Shown here: one piece after another, positions 34,263 through 35,074 of the stretch | Numbering within the stretch: position 1 is the first letter of the stretch | Layout: each line of letters starts with the position of its first letter | DNA from: Bacteroidota bacterium | GTDB taxonomy: Bacteria; Bacteroidota; Rhodothermia; Balneolales; Balneolaceae | NCBI GenBank assembly: GCA_038125045.1 | Contig: JAYPDB010000003.1 | Span: 1-35,074, forward strand | Length of the DNA stretch: 35,074 nt | Reading direction: 5' to 3' | Translations under genes and position numbers: made by a program | The notes under the pieces: generated by a model | What the model was told of the DNA's origin: nothing | The model's database searches: none | The model's input: the letters and a program-made list of their open reading frames with translations, nothing else

Positions 34263-35074
34263 TTACTGCGCTAAAATAGCCCGAACATAATTCGACCAAC
34301 TCATATTTTCAGCGGCTCTTCTAACATGACTGCGATCAATGGGTTGCTCTAGAAATGTACTCATCACCTGTGTCATCGACTCAATATCATTGGCTTCAGC
34401 CAAATATCCATTAAAACCATCTGTTATGGTTTCTGGAAAATGTCCTACTCGAGTTGCTAAAATAGGTAATTCAAAATTATAGGTTAACGATTCTACACCA
34501 GAAGGAGTGGCCGTTTCATAAAATAATACGCTACAGTCGGCAACTTGAAAGTATTGGTGAACTTCTTCATTCGGGATGAAGCTGTTATTTACATATATGG
34601 ATTCTTGTAAACCCAACCGATCAATCAATTCTAGAGGCCGGTAATTTTTTTCATCGGAATCTTTGGATAAGAACAGCTTTTTTAACCCACTAAAAACCAA
34701 ATTCTTCAGTTTGGTCGACAATTTGTTTGGATTCAGTGTCGACCAAAATTCTTCGCCGCAGATGAGGAAGCTTACATTATCGCGCTCTTTGGAGAGATCA
34801 GCAAATGCCGAAATCGCATTGTGTAAGCCTTTGTATTTTCTAATGAAACCGAAGAACAAAAAGACATGTTTTTTAAGTCCTAGTTGTTTTTTAAATGCCT
34901 CCACATCAAAATTAGGGTCAGGTGCATACAAGTCATAGACCGGATGAAAGAGTTTGATTACAGACTTTTCATTTATTGTTCGGGTTGAAGAAGCTCGTTC
35001 CCCGGTCTCATTTACCTCGAATTTTTGGTCAGGATAGAGTTCTTCTAACTCTCTAACGGTTTTGTAGGCATGTG
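34263..35074 (-). CDS. Glycosyltransferase family 4 (GT-B); the 5' end runs off the window
   Basis: The C-terminal GT-B lobe has an EX7E motif ([20 protein letters not shown]). The track 'start' at 34931 is an internal TTG. My translation upstream stays open to 35074 (...[53 protein letters not shown]...). Confidence 0.75.
   Translation of the reverse strand, partial: HAYKTVRELEELYPDQKFEVNETGERASSTRTINEKSVIKLFHPVYDLYAPDPNFDVEAFKKQLGLKKHVFLFFGFIRKYKGLHNAISAFADLSKERDNVSFLICGEEFWSTLNPNKLSTKLKNLVFSGLKKLFLSKDSDEKNYRPLELIDRLGLQESIYVNNSFIPNEEVHQYFQVADCSVLFYETATPSGVESLTYNFELPILATRVGHFPETITDGFNGYLAEANDIESMTQVMSTFLEQPIDRSHVRRAAENMSWSNYVRAILAQ

Noticed and set aside
1-35074. CRISPR arrays, toxin-antitoxin pairs, restriction-modification or other defence systems, prophage genes
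   Set aside because: I saw no direct-repeat/spacer periodicity, no small paired ORFs outside annotated genes, and no nuclease, methylase or phage hallmark motifs in any of the supplied translations.

Overview
The window looks like a gene-dense (about 90% coding), mostly housekeeping chromosomal segment. Gene content suggests a Bacteroidota/Balneolota-like bacterium: a fused E1 alpha/beta 2-oxoacid dehydrogenase, a TIGR02757-like protein, sigma-54 activator/LptE synteny, and a Cys-less L31. That placement is inference only. I call 32 protein-coding regions (two run off the window ends), one apparent pseudogene, six minus-strand tRNAs (Pro, Arg, Cys, Glu, His, Glu), four intrinsic terminators and a few candidate operator or promoter sites. 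I saw no CRISPR array, transposase, integrase, phage gene or recognisable defence system. All family calls come from motifs read by eye in the supplied translations or in my own translations. No database search was run.

The most interesting region is 16504..22575. An extended-SDR 'epimerase/dehydratase' gene sits divergent to an array of two GT4 glycosyltransferases, a serine-palmitoyltransferase-type alpha-oxoamine synthase and a two-lobed GNAT-like acyltransferase. This has the same enzymatic logic as the Caulobacter Spt/bCerS/CerR plus Sgt1/Sgt2 glycosphingolipid pathway, so it is a candidate uncharacterised (glyco)sphingolipid or related amino-lipid cluster.

Other points worth a second look:
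- MutY has a C-terminal domain with a letter-perfect Nudix catalytic box. Its gene overlaps a TIGR02757/DUF2400-like gene that carries an EndoIII-like LDVHVxR..LGL motif.
- An otherwise intact MBL-fold hydrolase gene has an in-frame TAG.
- The tRNA array contains a duplicated Glu-His-Glu unit.
- A perfect 14-bp palindrome lies between the LacI-family regulator and the MFS sugar porter genes.
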